Positions 12,496-26,800 of a stretch of 64,000 nucleotides of DNA are shown here, piece after piece. The stretch comes from Hormiphora californensis (Eukaryota; Animalia; Ctenophora). The position numbers were made by a program, and so were the translations under genes. Positions within the stretch are counted from its first letter, which is position 1; each line of letters opens with the position of its first letter. The notes below the pieces were generated by a model, which had not been told where the DNA came from, ran no database searches, and saw only the letters and a program-made list of their open reading frames with translations. The DNA is taken from contig CM035357.1 in assembly GCA_020137815.1 (NCBI GenBank), forward strand, positions 3,472,001 to 3,536,000. The letters are read 5' to 3'.

Positions 12496-14700
12496 TGACA
12501 CAGTCAGGATGTTACTTGCATGGTGTTAACCTCACAGGAGGCACCACCCCCGCTCGTGCCCCCGCCCCCCCTCTCTGTATCTGTCCCTGCAATCCCCCAT
12601 CATGCTACTACCAACTCAGATACCTTGGGAAGTGGGGTTTGGATTACTGCTCCATCCTGAAGCATGCTACTCGTATCAGCGACTACTTTGCTCCGACGGC
12701 TCTGGTCGAGTGTCGAGAGAATCTGTCTTCCGAGCTGGGATGAGGGGAAGTTTGATCTCCAAAAATGGACCGTTCCATCCCACCAACAACCTTAGTTCCC
12801 TGGTTCTCGTTCAGACCTTACTGAGCCCCCTCTGCAGGCCCCCGTCCCAGCACCAAACTCTTGTTATAAGCTGGAACTGAATTGGCATCATATACTGCCG
12901 GGCTGTCCTTAGCCAGTCAGTCCAACTGGTTCACTACTGCCCTACGACCACTTCACTCGCCCTGAATAGATGAGGAGGCGACATGTGAGTACATACGACG
13001 AAGTGAAAAACCGGCTCAAACCCCTCAATAATTACTTCACGTTCCTATGACGTCAGATCATGTCCATCCGTCAGCTTGGGACTATGACGGCACACCACAC
13101 CGACCATGTTAAACTCACATAACTTGCCTATCGCCCATCTTTTCCTTGATTCTCAGCTAGTTCTAACCAGGCGAGGAATCCTCGCTCTGTTATCGGCCTT
13201 TCCTTTTCACGTTTCTAAAGAACAACAGTTTCCATCTCGGTTCGATTCGGAGGAAACCCGATTTCAGGTTCAAGTGGTCATCGTTCCTACACCAACGACA
13301 GAAACTGTTGAATCACTAAACAAGTAAAACATGTAGAGGGGTTGAGTTTCAAACTTACTTACTTTACTCCGATTTCACCTCTATTTAGAGTCCGCCTCCT
13401 TGCTTAGCTCCTCTATTCTATTCACACAAGATGCCGTCGATCTCGCACATCGCAACCCTCCCTCCTTTCCACCTGTTGCCGTAGCAGCAGCCCGACTCGT
13501 TGTCAGGAGATCGTCCAGGTTACTCTTGGTGACGTCATTAAGGGGCTCCCCTGATGAGGTGGGATGGTTAGATCGTCAAGGGAATCGCCTGATGAGGTGG
13601 GATATGGTTAGATCGACAATGAGGCTCGCCTGTTGAGGTGAGGGATGGTTAGATCGACAATGAGGCCAGCCTGATAGGTGGATTGGTTAATCGAACAATG
13701 AGGCTCGCCTGATGAGGTGGGATATGGTTAGATCGGAGGTGGTTGGTCAGTCGCTCTTTGGAAGGATAACAGGAGTTCATATATAGTTTGTCATTTAGGT
13801 CTGTGGTATGACACTCCTCTAATAAGGCAGACCTATTACCAACCCACCCCACCTGACTCTGTTGCAGCCCATCGTTTTGCATCTCAACACGGCGACTCAC
13901 AGCACCAGACGGGGTCGAGGCAACCTCCGTTTTATATCCAACATACTGTTCCCGGGCAGCGACTTTCTCTAGAGTAGAGCTTTCTTGATGCCGCCTTTTG
14001 GTCCGGCCTCCGATCCTGCAGTGATAGATGTGTAATTTAGAAGTTGGGTCCCTGCAAGTTAATTTAGAGTAAATCTACCTTTTGGCCGTTTGAATACCGT
14101 GACTTCGAATAATTTTAAGAATTCCATGATTAGGTGCCTCGGTAAAACTTTTCTCTATTCCTTACGGCTTACCCCAATCACCACCAATTTAGTGCTACTA
14201 AAACATAATGCAGTTATTCTTGTTTTTCTTTTTCTTACCGCCTGCACCAAGGGTGTTCGATCCCTTCCAAGATTCTCACTATCTTTCACAAATTGTTCCA
14301 ATCCCTGTCCAGCTGTACCTGTTACACCCTTAGCCAACTCGTTACCTGGAAATAAAAAACATTAACTTTGAGAGAGTTTTTGGAAGGCTTTTTAGGGCTT
14401 GATATCTATTCTATTCTTGGACTGGATTAGAGGGTAAAGGGATACATCACAGCGCTGGCAAGCGCCCCATGCCAAGACACATACCTGCATTGACACGATC
14501 TGTGGCACACTTTAGGCCCCCTCTAGTCAGGTAAGAAGCCCCAGCTGTTAGCCACCCTGTTATCCTCTACATCTCCAACCAACAACAAACCGCATCTGTT
14601 CGCTCTAGTAGGAGAGAGATTGTTGTTGTGGATAGGGGGGATCATTTATTTTTTAGTTGTGTATGTTTCTAAATAAAACTCCTTTACCTTTCGCGGAGCC
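12496..14700 (-). mobile_element. Possible degraded non-LTR retrotransposon 5' region
   Basis: Frameshifted Cys/His (PHD-like) patch ~14440-14510 and ~42-bp repeats at 13550-13735; no clean motif. Confidence 0.25.
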
Positions 14701-17690
14701 TCAAAATGGGTGTCGAGCCAGCAAGTTTTAAGTTTGTTCGTGATAGCTGGGCATTTTTTTTACAAAGGACCAGTTCGTTTTTTAATGGATGGTAATTAGT
14801 TTGCTGTTGTGCGTCTGTGGTACCGACAATCACACACACAAGTGTTATAGAAGTGGTGAAGATATCAGTTGCGCAGAGCAGCCCTCTATGTTTTCATCCA
14901 TCCCAAACCGAAATATGATCTGAAGATCTTCCACTTCCCTTTGAATGTCATATAGTGAGGTTCACAATTACGTCATGACCGTTCCCAAGATTTTATAAAC
15001 TTTGCATAAATCTCCCCGGTTTTTGGGGATGGGGTCCCTAAACGTTCAAAGGTGGACATCGTTTACACTTTACAACATGTGGCTTTCCACAGTCACAACA
15101 AGTCACAACACTAGATTACACCGTGGTATTACTTCAAGGCAGGGTAATGGAATCAGCACTGATCTTCTTTCCGTAATATCAGGATCTTTCAACGCAGAAC
15201 TCTGATTAATCTCCTTCATTGATGAGTCATCTTATCGATTGTTGGTTGCCTGAAAAGATTAACTGTACAGTTTTGAAGAAACAACGATTTGCTAAAACTC
15301 AGATTGGAGAGGACAGTCACACTTACAAAATTAGCATTTGACCTAATCAATCCATAACACTCTATTTTCAACTTCAACCCATTTTTACCCCCCATTTGAC
15401 AATGTTACACACTTACAAGTTTTTCTGTGCCGCAATGTTGGTAAGCTCCCTCCGTTGCCTCCTGCGTTAATCACACTCTTTACTAGCTCCCACTAACATA
15501 GGTGTCAACTTTTTCAGTTGGTCCGTCTCCCGCCTCAATATATCCTGAAGGTAACACCAATGGTTACAATTCGGTTACCAATGGTTACAGTTCGAAAGTG
15601 ATAGTGATTTTATGGCATCCTTTACCACGTCTTAGAATATTAAAAAGATTCAACTCAAACTTTGGAAGATTTAATATATTCTATGACGTATACGGGTTAC
15701 ATTTGATGATATATGAGGTGTCAGTATAATATATATTTTATGTAGAGGACACTGAGCTCATAATTGGACCATGTGAGATGGTTGCAAGAGTAAATAAGAC
15801 TGAAACCCAAAGTCTAAAATATCTAACCCCAAGATCAGAAAGAAGAACAAGTAATTCAGCACGGATATTAGTAGTTAGTACATAACCTCCCAAAACAGTT
15901 TGCATCATGTTCCATAAACTTGAATATTCTAAACTCACTTTTGTTACAAACAACAAACGCCCCTAAACTCACTAGTTTACAACCCAGCTCTACAATCATC
16001 AAATCTCACACGCATAAGGCTTGGTGTAGGAGGTCGTCAGCCCTGTTTTTAACCTGCTTAGTGACCTGGGTCGCCGGGAGTCAGGTCCTTTATGTAGAAA
16101 CTCCGCTATCCTACTCCATTGATGCACCTTAGGAAATATGAAGCATTGAAACATTAGTTTTCGGAAGTTAAATATTGATAAGAGTTGAAACATCATCTAG
16201 GATACCGGATTATTTTTGAGCGATTTCTTTATTAAACTACAACACACAAATCTACAATGTGTTCCTCCCCCTATAAGACCATTTTAGTAGACAGTCACAC
16301 ACACTGTAACTCTAAAAGTAGCTTGTCACACAACCTCAAACCCTTACAACTGAGGCGGTCCAAGGCGAGGTGACTGCGCCACCATTTGGTTACGAAGTCA
16401 CCCTGTTCTTTATATTGGCGGAGGGGTAATGTCAATTTCTAATAAAGTATAGGAGTAAACACGTACCTCCATACAAACGGGAAAGTCGTTCTTGAACAGA
16501 GTCACAGCTCTTGAAATCTTCCTCACCTCACATTCGTCATACAATCGCAGATCACAACAATCCTGGTGGGAGATATCAGGAGTTAGGAGCAGATCACACA
16601 AGCCTTAGTAAAGGCGACCCGGGTAAGCTAGATAACGATCTGCAGAACTAAATTCAGGTGTGTGTATTATACAGAATATCGAGTGTGCGTTCCATATATT
16701 TCTATACTGCAGACCATTTTCCGAACTATAACAGAGAGACCCTGCCTTGTTCCCTCTTTTCTTCCAACTAACAAGAGAGATCCCTGACATACCAATTTAT
16801 AATACCCATAGACCCATACAACTATTAAAAGACCTCTGGGCATACCATTAGGCATTCCCACCCCCTTACATACCATTTAGCCTTCCCTTGTCTCTGTAAT
16901 CAGGTTCCTCCTTCCGTACTGGCTAACGGATCAGCGGTGGGGGTCGCTAGTGCACTTTGTATCCACCACCTCCCGACCGAAACTGCCGTCATGGCGGAGG
17001 GGAAATCTCGCTAAGGAGAGAGTGATAACTATACTATTTACTTACCCGAAATCTGTTTTAACTTTGAGATGCAAATAAGCAAGTATTAAGTATAACTCAT
17101 TGAAAACACAATGACTAGGTAAAGAAAATTGAATGACTATATTAGATTGATGTAGTCCCCCCGATCGATAAGTATATCCCAATGTACCACCCCCTACTGA
17201 CTCTTCCCTACTCTCCGTTACTAGTATACCCCCCAGTTGCGTACCTGGAACATAGGATCATTACTGTCATTGGCACCTGTTTCTGCTACAGTAGCTAGTT
17301 TACTTGTTGGAAGCAATCACAGTCTCGATTTCATCTTCCTCCGCGGCATTGATTCCCTTCCCTGCTGTCCCAGCCTATACTGGATACCAGAAGACAGAAC
17401 CTGGGGTGGGTGACAGGGGTCAGAGGAGGGATCAGAGAGGGACTTGTTATTTGTGTCTAATCCTACTTTACAATGCATCGATAGAGGGTCACGAAGGAAA
17501 CTTGTAATGGGGCTATTTTGGTGGAACTGAAACGCAAGAATTATGCTATTTAACAACAGATGTTATCCCTGTTTGGCTACAGGATCCAGAATTCCTGCGA
17601 TCCGTCTTGGTATGAAAGCAGAAGACCATATCGCTGCAAACCTAGAGTGAAATGATTTATTAAGGAGCAGTTGTTGCTATTTTAACTAGG

Positions 17691-18435
17691 CACGGCGTTC
17701 CTGGTGAATTTAACCCCGACTAGCAGCGACGGAAACCACCACTTTGTACGTGAAAATAAGCAAGAAAAGTTGTCATTTGACCGTTTTGCCTACTTAAATA
17801 AATTTCTACAAAACCAACGATCTGTTATTGGATGGGTATGAAATCTTGGATTTTAGTCGAATTGTTCCCATAAACACGTAAGCATGGTCCCGATGACCAT
17901 TCATCAGAAGTTTGTTCGAAATTCCAAACCCCAAAAACAAGAAAATCAGTTTACGGTTCTCCTAGTTGGGCAGATTCAACAATTTGCCCAAATCTAACCA
18001 TAAATCGGATAATACAACAACGAAAACTTGGTTCTGTAGAAAAATGACCATTTACCGATTGGCACAAGTTTCATCAAATTCCTATCCAACGTTTTCATGG
18101 TTTAGGGGCCAAAACCTCCAAAAATGTAAAAAAATCACCTTTTGACCAGTTTTAACAGTCATTTTATAATTCGACTCAACGCAATCGATTCGACGTGCAA
18201 AAATGGTGGGGTGACATATTCGTTGCGAAGTCATTATGTATTTTTCGGGACACCACACGTTTAATATAGCCAATTTTGACCCAAATCAAATAAAAGTAAA
18301 ACAGATTTTAGGGAATGGAATGTTTTTTTTTTTTCCCGCCCGTATCGCCATTCTGTAGACCCCTCAGCTCCACTACAAGTGGTGGTTTCCCCGTCGCAAT
18401 GCTGTCCGTGTTAAAATTTCACCAGCAACGCCGTG
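17691..18435. mobile_element. Non-autonomous DNA transposon, Chapaev/CMC-like
   Basis: CAC...GTG termini, ~55-bp imperfect TIR (cacggcgttcctggtgaatt / aatttcaccagcaacgccgtg), 4-bp TSD TAGG. Confidence 0.7.
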
Positions 18436-18819
18436 TAGGCAGGAGTTAAGTATGAGTGAGTTGCCTTAAATAATCACCTGTATAGGATTCATGTTGATTA
18501 TAGGATAAGGAAGCGGGGCGATTGGGATTAAGAGAAAGAAGACCCGTCGCCATATATAGGAAAGAATATATGATATCGAGATATATAGATGACGAGAGAT
18601 AGTACGAGAGAGAGAAAAAAGAGAGAGAAGGACGGAGAGAGAGGAGAGAGAGATGAGGAGAGAGAGAGAGAGAGGAGAGAGGAGAGAGAGAGAGAGAGAG
18701 ATAGAGAATCTTGAGGTAAAAGCTTGCTTCAGCTGTCGTTTCGACACTCATAACTCTTGCTTCATACCCTTTATCTTCTCTCAATGTATACTTTCATATC
18801 AGGGGACTTCTGTTGTGTT

Positions 18820-19105
18820 TTCTGAGGGTTTGAAGCACGAGTGATATTGTGTGAAGCGTGTAATTTGATCTATACATGATTATTTTGGGACTTCATTCCT
18901 TTAAAGTCAGTGATTGTCATCAGTTTTTTTCCCCACTTATGTGAGCCGTTTTAATTTCATTTTTTCCAATTGGTCCTCTAATAGAGTTGTTTTTTTTCTA
19001 ACTTTGTATCCCTCCTATTGCCGTCAGTGTAGTATTATATTTGATCTACTGCCCCTGGACGGTATGGGCGGAATATAAGTACGTGTATTCTTATTATTAT
19101 ATTCA
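18820..19105 (+). mobile_element. 3' tail remnant of the LINE family found at 29881-34033
   Basis: Shares atgtgagccg and tatgggcggaatataa, followed by a short (tta)n tail. Confidence 0.55.
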
Positions 19106-19209
19106 TTGTCTTTTCGTCCTTTTTTAGTCAGGGTTTCAGCCGTTGAATTGGGCTGCTTTGTATGTTACACCCCTATTATATATAATATGCACGAGGTTGT
19201 AACAGCAAT

Positions 19210-22200
19210 ATGTACAATGAAACAGAGCCAGACCCTAGAGGAAAACACGCCTTCTCCCTGGAACCCGGGACATGCTCCCCTGACCCCTGAAGCCATCAGG
19301 ACCGCAAGTGGCTGTCACTCATGGGAGGGATCCTATTTGGTTATGATATGGGGTACTGATGGAGCTCTGGTCAAGTTGTCTGAGGACACACCGGGACATC
19401 CAGCCTGGGGTCGAAATAACCCTTTTAGAGGGTAGGTCCATGGGGTCTAATTATACCCTTTTAGGAGATAGCATGTGGTCTTAGATGATACACCTTTTAG
19501 GTAGGTAGCATGTGGTCCTAGATGTCACCCTTTTAGGTAGGTCTCATGGGGTCTAATGATAAACCCCTTTTAGGTAGGTACACTGGGGTCTAGATTATAC
19601 CCTTTTAGTAGGTAGGCATGTGTCTCGGATGATAACTTTTAGGTAGTGTATCATGGGGCTAGATGAACCCTTTTAGAGTAGCTGAGTAGTTGATTGTCCT
19701 AAAAACTAAACTAATGTCTCCTTTTTATTACGGACTATAGCGCACCCATTGGGTTGTCGGCCTCAAGTAAGGGCTTTTTGGGGGGGGGGGGGGATAACCC
19801 AACACCCTGCTTCGCCGGTGTGGTTCTTTTCACCCCTTTCACCGTCAATTAACACGGTTGCCATGGCAACGAAATTGTAACTATGGGGACTGGCCTGTTA
19901 AAAGTCCGTTCGAAAATATTAACCAACTTCCACTGGAAGTTCAAAAGTGTGAATGACACTTTCCAGCTTTGGGCACATAAGTGTTTATAAGGAGCCTTCT
20001 CGTAGAAACAGCACTGAACAACGGCCACTTCGCGACGTTCATCTCCAAATTCCATTGTTTTCCAACTCACTTCATTCAGTCTCCCTAACTAGCTATAAGT
20101 TGCAACTAACTACTAAGTTGCAACTCGACATTTTCAGACAGGAATTGTAGTTCTGCCACGATTATATTCGCTGCCATTGGTCCCTGCTCAGTGCACCCTG
20201 AACAGGTCGTTAGGACGCAAACCAGTCTTGTTTGGGAGGGCCCTGTTGTTCCACTGTGCGGGGTTTTTATGGGACCAGTTGAACTGGTGGGTGCTAACAG
20301 CGGGAGAGCATGGCAGGAATTGCATAGGTCTCCTGTCATGACAGCCCCACTTCTCATATCTGAACAGGTACTTTAGCTAAGTCATGGTATAAGATCTATT
20401 GTAACAGATTACGTACTTTAGTTAGACCGAACCATGTAACCATGGTGTAACCATGGTAACATCTATATCTCCCTCCCACTTATAGATGGCTACAGAGTGG
20501 CGTGGTCCTGTCAACGTTGCAAATCAACTGATGATCACTGTAGGCATCCTGGTAGCAGCATTGTAGCGGGAGGATTCTCACAACTCCAGATGTGTAATAT
20601 GTGCGATAAAGGAAAAAAAGGCAAGGTCTACTCAGACCCAATTTTAGGAATGAATCTAAGTTCGAAAGTCTCGTCAAACGGATATAGATGTGTGTGTATC
20701 ATACTGTTTCATATGGTAACCATGGTACTCAGGTAACCACAATGGTACCATGGTAACCCCATCGGTAACCAAACTCTCTCTATTTCCCTATTTGGAGGTA
20801 CAGTTGTGGGTTTAATCTGAGTGTCCCTGCTATTCTCAGGTGATGCTCAGTGTGGTCTCTGGAATGTAGGTGGCTGGCACACAGGTGGCAACCTGGGGAA
20901 GGCCAAGGCAAGTGCTTCGGAAACTCAGGATACTATGTGGAGCTGGAGTGGAATGAAAAAAGATCTTGGGTGTATATTGGGGAACTGTATGTCAGGACGC
21001 AGGTTCGTGATATTGGGGACACTGTAGTCAGGACGCAGGTTCGTGATATTGGGAACTGTCAGTGCGATGGACTGCTTGTGTTGTGAGTATGTGGGAACTG
21101 TAGTCAGGACGCCGTTCGGATATTGGAAACTGTAGTCAGGACGCAGGTTCGTGAGATTGGGAACTGTAGTCAGGACGCAGGTTCGTGATATTGGGAAACT
21201 GTAGTCAGGACGCAGGTTTGGTGATTTGTGAACTGTAGTCGGACGCAGTTCGTGAATGGAACTGTATCAGGACTCAGGTCGTGATATTGGGAACTGTAGT
21301 CAGGACGCAGGTTCGTGATATTGGGAACTGTAGTCAGGACGCAGGTTCGTGATATTGGACCGTTATCAGGACGCAGGTTTGTTGATATTGGAAACTGTAG
21401 TCAGGACGCAGGTTCGTGATATTGGGAACTGTAGTCAGGACGCAGGTTCGTGATATGGGAACTGTAGTCAGGACGCAGGTTCTTGATATTGGAAACTGTA
21501 GTCGGACGCAGGTCGTGTATTATGGGAACGTAGTCAGGACGCAGTTCGTGATTTGGGAACTGTATTCAGACGCAGGTTCTGATATATTGGGACTGTAGTC
21601 AGGACGCAGGTTCGTAAGTATTGGGAACTGTAGTCAGGGACGCAGGTTCGTGATATTGGGAATTGTAGTCAGGACGCAGGTTTCGTGTATGTCCAGTGTC
21701 AATGGAATGTAACATTTAGTTTCGATTTAATTTCGTGAATTACATCACGTGTGTGGGCAAGAATCACAGCCCCGTGTATGTGGCTGATGACTGTGTGTTA
21801 ATGCTATCAAAACGTCATAAAAGCTCGCTCAATTCTTTTACGGATTCGTATGAAGCCTTATCTGACATATGTGTGATAAAGCTCTCTTACTACCACTAAA
21901 TATCATGTAATACTCCGTATCAGTAACCTCGGTTTACGCACAAAACCCTTTCCCCCGATGCCTAGCTAGACTGTTTCGCGCGTTCGTCGGTTAGAACATA
22001 ACAACCCCCGAGGAGTCCGGTAAATCAAGTTTTACTACTTAACACTCTCGTTTAAAATAAAACAATTTCAGGGTTTAGACACTTATCACGGATGATGGCC
22101 ACAAGGGGTGTCAGAAGGGCCCTCGTACTTGGGTTGCTTACAGGTATAAAAACTGTAATTTGTGAAATCGGGTAACCTTGTTGGGAACGGTTCAATATAA

Positions 22201-22892
22201 ATCCCCTTTTATAATTCCACGATATGATCACCCAAAATTGACTAACATTGAGTAAATACTCTGACCACTCCGAAATGCGTTTCAGATGTTCCAACAAATA
22301 ACTGGCATCAACTCATTAATCTACTACGTACGGGACTCCATCACCTCTCCGCCCACCAAACCACACCAGCCAGGCCATCGTGTTCGGGCCTGTGGCCTTT
22401 GTAAACGTGTTCGTGACAGTAATCACTCTCCTCACCAACTTGATTGAAAGAGTGGGACGAGAAATGTTGATATTAGCTAGTCTCCTGGTGATGATAATTG
22501 GCCTTCCATTCTAATTGAGTTTTTATTACGAAGAGGAATATGACAAAACACTGGCTGGTTGACCGTGCTTGGTTTTCCGTCTATGTGGCTGGGTTTTGCT
22601 CCGGGTATGGGCCCCTCCCTGGGCTTAACAGCGAGATTTTCCCGATGTGGTGTAGAAGTGTAGCTGCTTCCATTACTACAAACAACAACGGGATTTTCAA
22701 TAGTTTTGTGTCTCTCACATTTCTTTCAATTGCTGCTGGCCTAGGGACATATCATGCGTTTTTTATTTATTTAGGGGCGTGTTTTGGAGCGTTTATGTAT
22801 TTCTTTGTGTTCTTCCGGAACACGGGGAATCCCTTGGAGAGAATACCGAATTGTTTGACGAGAGATGGTTTTTGGTATTTGTGGTCAGTGAT
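19210..22892 (+). pseudogene. SLC2A13: Second, indel-rich copy of the SLC2A13-like gene (probable haplotig)
   Basis: Colinear with 1-3772 including both splice-site arrays; dense 1-bp indels break the frames. Confidence 0.8.
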
Positions 22893-22974
22893 AAATTAAA
22901 ACCTTTGTGTGTTTAATCTGTCTTTAGTGAATGATTATTAAAATCTGAATTATAAATAATAGTCAGTATCCTTC

Positions 22975-23318
22975 TCACAAATTACAAAGAGCAGTTCCAA
23001 TCACAATACAAAGGTCCGGCCCAACCTCTGGCCCAATACGTCCCTCCCAACTAAAGACCCGACCAGTCGTAAAGAGAAGTGTCAACTGTTTACAATTGGT
23101 ACAGCGTGTCCGAGTTCCGTTGACCGAGTAACAAGTAAAAAAAACCGAGCCGAGTTGATTGCCACTACCGAACACAATACGCTGGTCTGGTGAGAAGAAA
23201 TATGATTTTGGATTTGGTATCCGTACACTTTTCCATTCCTGCGCTTCACTTTTATCAGAGGGTTGGTGGAACCCCATACGAAGGCCACGAAAATCATTTT
23301 AAATACATCACTGATCAT
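22975..23318 (-). pseudogene. TMEM234: Second, frameshifted copy of TMEM234 (probable haplotig)
   Basis: Same N- and C-termini as 3855-4211, split over frames. Confidence 0.8.
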
Positions 23319-23801
23319 ATTGGTAACCTAATGTGACTGAAAAGTATAGTTAGATGATATATAGTCTATGATAGGTAGACGCCAGTCAAAATGGCCAGAA
23401 ACGACGGAAAATCCAGAAAAAAACCGCACGCGCAAATCTAAAAAAGGGCCCAAATGTTTGAGTTTTAGAATTATATATTCCAACGCCGCGCACATAATTT
23501 TCGAGTTGCGCGGCTGCACGTTAGCAGCGCCAATTGAAAGATTGCGCCTCCACAGATCGAGGCAAAATCAACCTGAAACCGGGAATGTAAGCATAAAAAA
23601 CAGTCTTATGAATTAATCGAGATACAAAATAACAAATAGCAAACCATGTGTGTCAAAATAAATCTCAGTATCAAAATCAAATTCTCAGCAAAGAAAAACC
23701 AACCGATCGTCTAGCTCACTGTCTCTTATCAAATATCGATTAATTGTAGACTGTAGTCAACAACAACAGTCAATGTCACATCATGAGCGTTTTTCAGATG
23801 A

Positions 23802-26800
23802 TCAAGGTTCAGAACAGACGAACTCAAGGATCCTCTGCGGAAGCGGGTTTGAGCGGCCACCTCACATTTACAGACCTTCCTTCCAAGCTGAAGAACGGAT
23901 CCCAGTGGTACCTTCCTCTGTTCGCCTGGAGAAATAGAAGTTGGAAATACTACTGTTGAAATACTGATTTATAAACTACAGTCAACACTAATTGAATTCA
24001 ATAACTAATTAACTAATTAGTTAATGTACCTTCAAGGGGGCATCCCTCAATATTCTTGTTCCTCACATTACACTCCCATCAGTCACGTCATGGTCCATCT
24101 TACACGTGCACAAATTACACTCCACCTGCTTCTGGGTGCCGTGGGGCAGCACTTGGGTATCCATCTGAGGGGGGGGGGAGGAATTGGGGTTCAGGAATAG
24201 CGTTTGGAGACAGACGGTGACCCACGCCCTCACGGGGAGGGCTAACGTGACCAACTTGGGGGGGGGGGTGAGACTTCCCAATCTACACATACCTGGAGAA
24301 ACACTCTCGTTTTGGTTCTACACCTGGTTCTTGGTGCACTCACCTTGCCTGTCGCGCAGACATGATACACTTACAGTCAACCTGGGGGGAGAGTTGGTGT
24401 GTTGGTGATACCGGTGAGATGTAGAGAGACTGCATCGAGTTGGTTGATAGTTGAGTTTCTCGATGGTTTTTCCATGTCGTGTTTCTCTTTAAGTCACATG
24501 AGATATGGCATGGTGAAAAATTTGAGAAATATAGAGTGGTATCCTGGCTTGGGCTAGCATTTGAGGTAAACTAATGACATGAACTTACCGTGAATCGTTA
24601 AAGAGTTCGTAAACTTTCCCGTCATAACAGACAGACCGTTAGTTGGGACTCTCTCGCACAGTAGTTTCCCTCACAGTTCACACCCCTGTATCATACAGTA
24701 CAGGTCTGAAATATAGAAATATAGAAAACCATTGACATATTGAATACTACACGATTAGTTTCCTCCAGTAGGAACATCTGTAAGTAGTGTAAAACCCGAA
24801 CAACTGCGCACTCTGCCAATTGCGTGCGCTAAAGGCCGTTCTCACTCAGACAGGTTGTAAGAATCAAAAGGGTCGAGGCACAGACAGGGATCAACCTAAA
24901 CTCGACAGAATGAGTCCCATTACGTCGGACCCCGATTTTACCGGGATGCTCGTGGAAAAGGGTTTTCCCGGTAAATCGGGGTCTGACGTAACTGTATTTA
25001 CCTGGCGTCATTGCTAAATGGAATCCAACAGGGTGGTTCTGCCGTTATAGTCACACTCCACTAGTACACACCCTGTGCCGGTTACACTGAATACCACCCG
25101 TTCCTGTAGAGATATAACTGCTTTGTAATCACCCTCTTATATCTTTGTTTTGATGTTGTGCTCAATTTGATTTAGTTGCCATGAACAAGATGATCAATCA
25201 CCGAGTGATACTTCTAGTAGATCACTGATAGTGAGGAACATAAATGATATGAGACTAACCTAGACAAGTACAGGTCTGGCAGCCCATTTTAAATTCATCA
25301 CCAGCATTGTAAATAGTTCCCATCGACAACCTTCGCCTGAACTGAGGGGAACCGAGGTTTAGAATACTAGGTCAATCAAAATATCCTGAATCAATGGGTC
25401 GCTCGCACGGAGAGTCGAGAGGTAATTTCATTCAGGTGGTAGAACGCACTCTATAATAATAACAATAAATCTAAACCAACAGACAGCACCAACAACAGTA
25501 AAAGCTCACACCCAGTGGTGCTCGATTGAAAATCTTAACTCTATCGAAATATTTTGAACGGCAAAATTTGAAGAAAATAGCTCATCTGAACGGCAAATTC
25601 ACAACAACCAAAATCAAACCCATTTGTGACTAAGTGTGGTCTAATGACAGTTTAGAACCGTGATAGGCGGTAGATCGGTAAGATGAGAGTTATCGATTTT
25701 ATAGGTCTAGTGAGACTTAGTCAAATTTGACAAAATGGCTTATTTGATGGTTAAAATTCAAAACAACCAAAACCAAACCCCATTTGTGACTAATGGTGGT
25801 CTAATGAACGTTTAGAACCGTAGATAGGCGGTAGATCGGTAAAGATAGAGTCAATGATTTCATAGGCTAGTGAGTATTAGTAACACGAATAAGTAAAGCC
25901 AGCCGTTAAAAATCATCAATCTACATCTCCGATGTGGCCAGTGGCTAGGCGCCTTACTTACCACACGCAGGTCCCGTGTTCAAATCCCGCATCATAATTT
26001 CACAATTTTACTTGAAATTTTCCAACGCAACGCTTTTTTTGAACGGCCAATTAAATTTGAACGTTAAGCAACTCGAGCTTGTAACCCGCTCCGTCGATTA
26101 GCTTGAGCTCTCTCGTTATTTGGTGCCGTCACACTGTACAAGCTTTTACAATATACATACCTGCAGGCTCAACCTCCTCCACTTCTTCGATGACTTCATC
26201 AACCTCACATTTCTTGTTGCTGCACCGCACCCTCCCACTGGACATACACACGCACCGGTTACAATCCACTTGAAGATGGAACCAAGGGCAACCGTTCCAC
26301 GACCTTCAACCTCACACCCAGTAGTAGTGGTTTCTAGGGATATGATACATTATTGAGGTGATGAATTGCAGACATCCAATTACAACTCAAATGTAACCCA
26401 TCTTTTACGAAATAACCCTCCAAAGCGCTGACAAGGGAGGGTAAACCAAACCCCCCCCCCCTAACCCCTGGCACTTACCACATTTTCTGCTGGTGCAAAA
26501 TGGTTACCGTCCTTCAAACAGGTGCAAATGTTACAGTCTTTCTTCCACTGTTGGAATTGCTGGTACACATTTCCAGCGCCGTCAGTACACTGCTTAGCGG
26601 CTGTGGAGAGGGGCTGTTAAAGGGGAAGAGGGAGAGGGGGCGTTAGATAGGGAGAAAGAGAGAGGGTGTTAGATGGAAGGAAGCTGTTTGCAAAAAGGAG
26701 TGAATGGTAAATTTTTATAAGAGCATTGATTTAAATAATTATCATGACAAATGAATTAATTAGTTATCATCTGGTTATATCATCTGCTAATTACTATATC

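Noticed and set aside
13550-13735. ctgatgag repeats as hammerhead ribozymes (also ctgatga at 2642 and 47135)
   Set aside because: No properly placed GAAA and flanking stems found.
14900-17650. Possible exons of another minus-strand gene
   Set aside because: Coding-like composition, but frames are broken in this low-quality segment and no family motif was recognisable.
19210-23318. Genuine paralogous pseudogenes
   Set aside because: Indel-dominated differences and adjacency to a gap fit a low-quality haplotig better.
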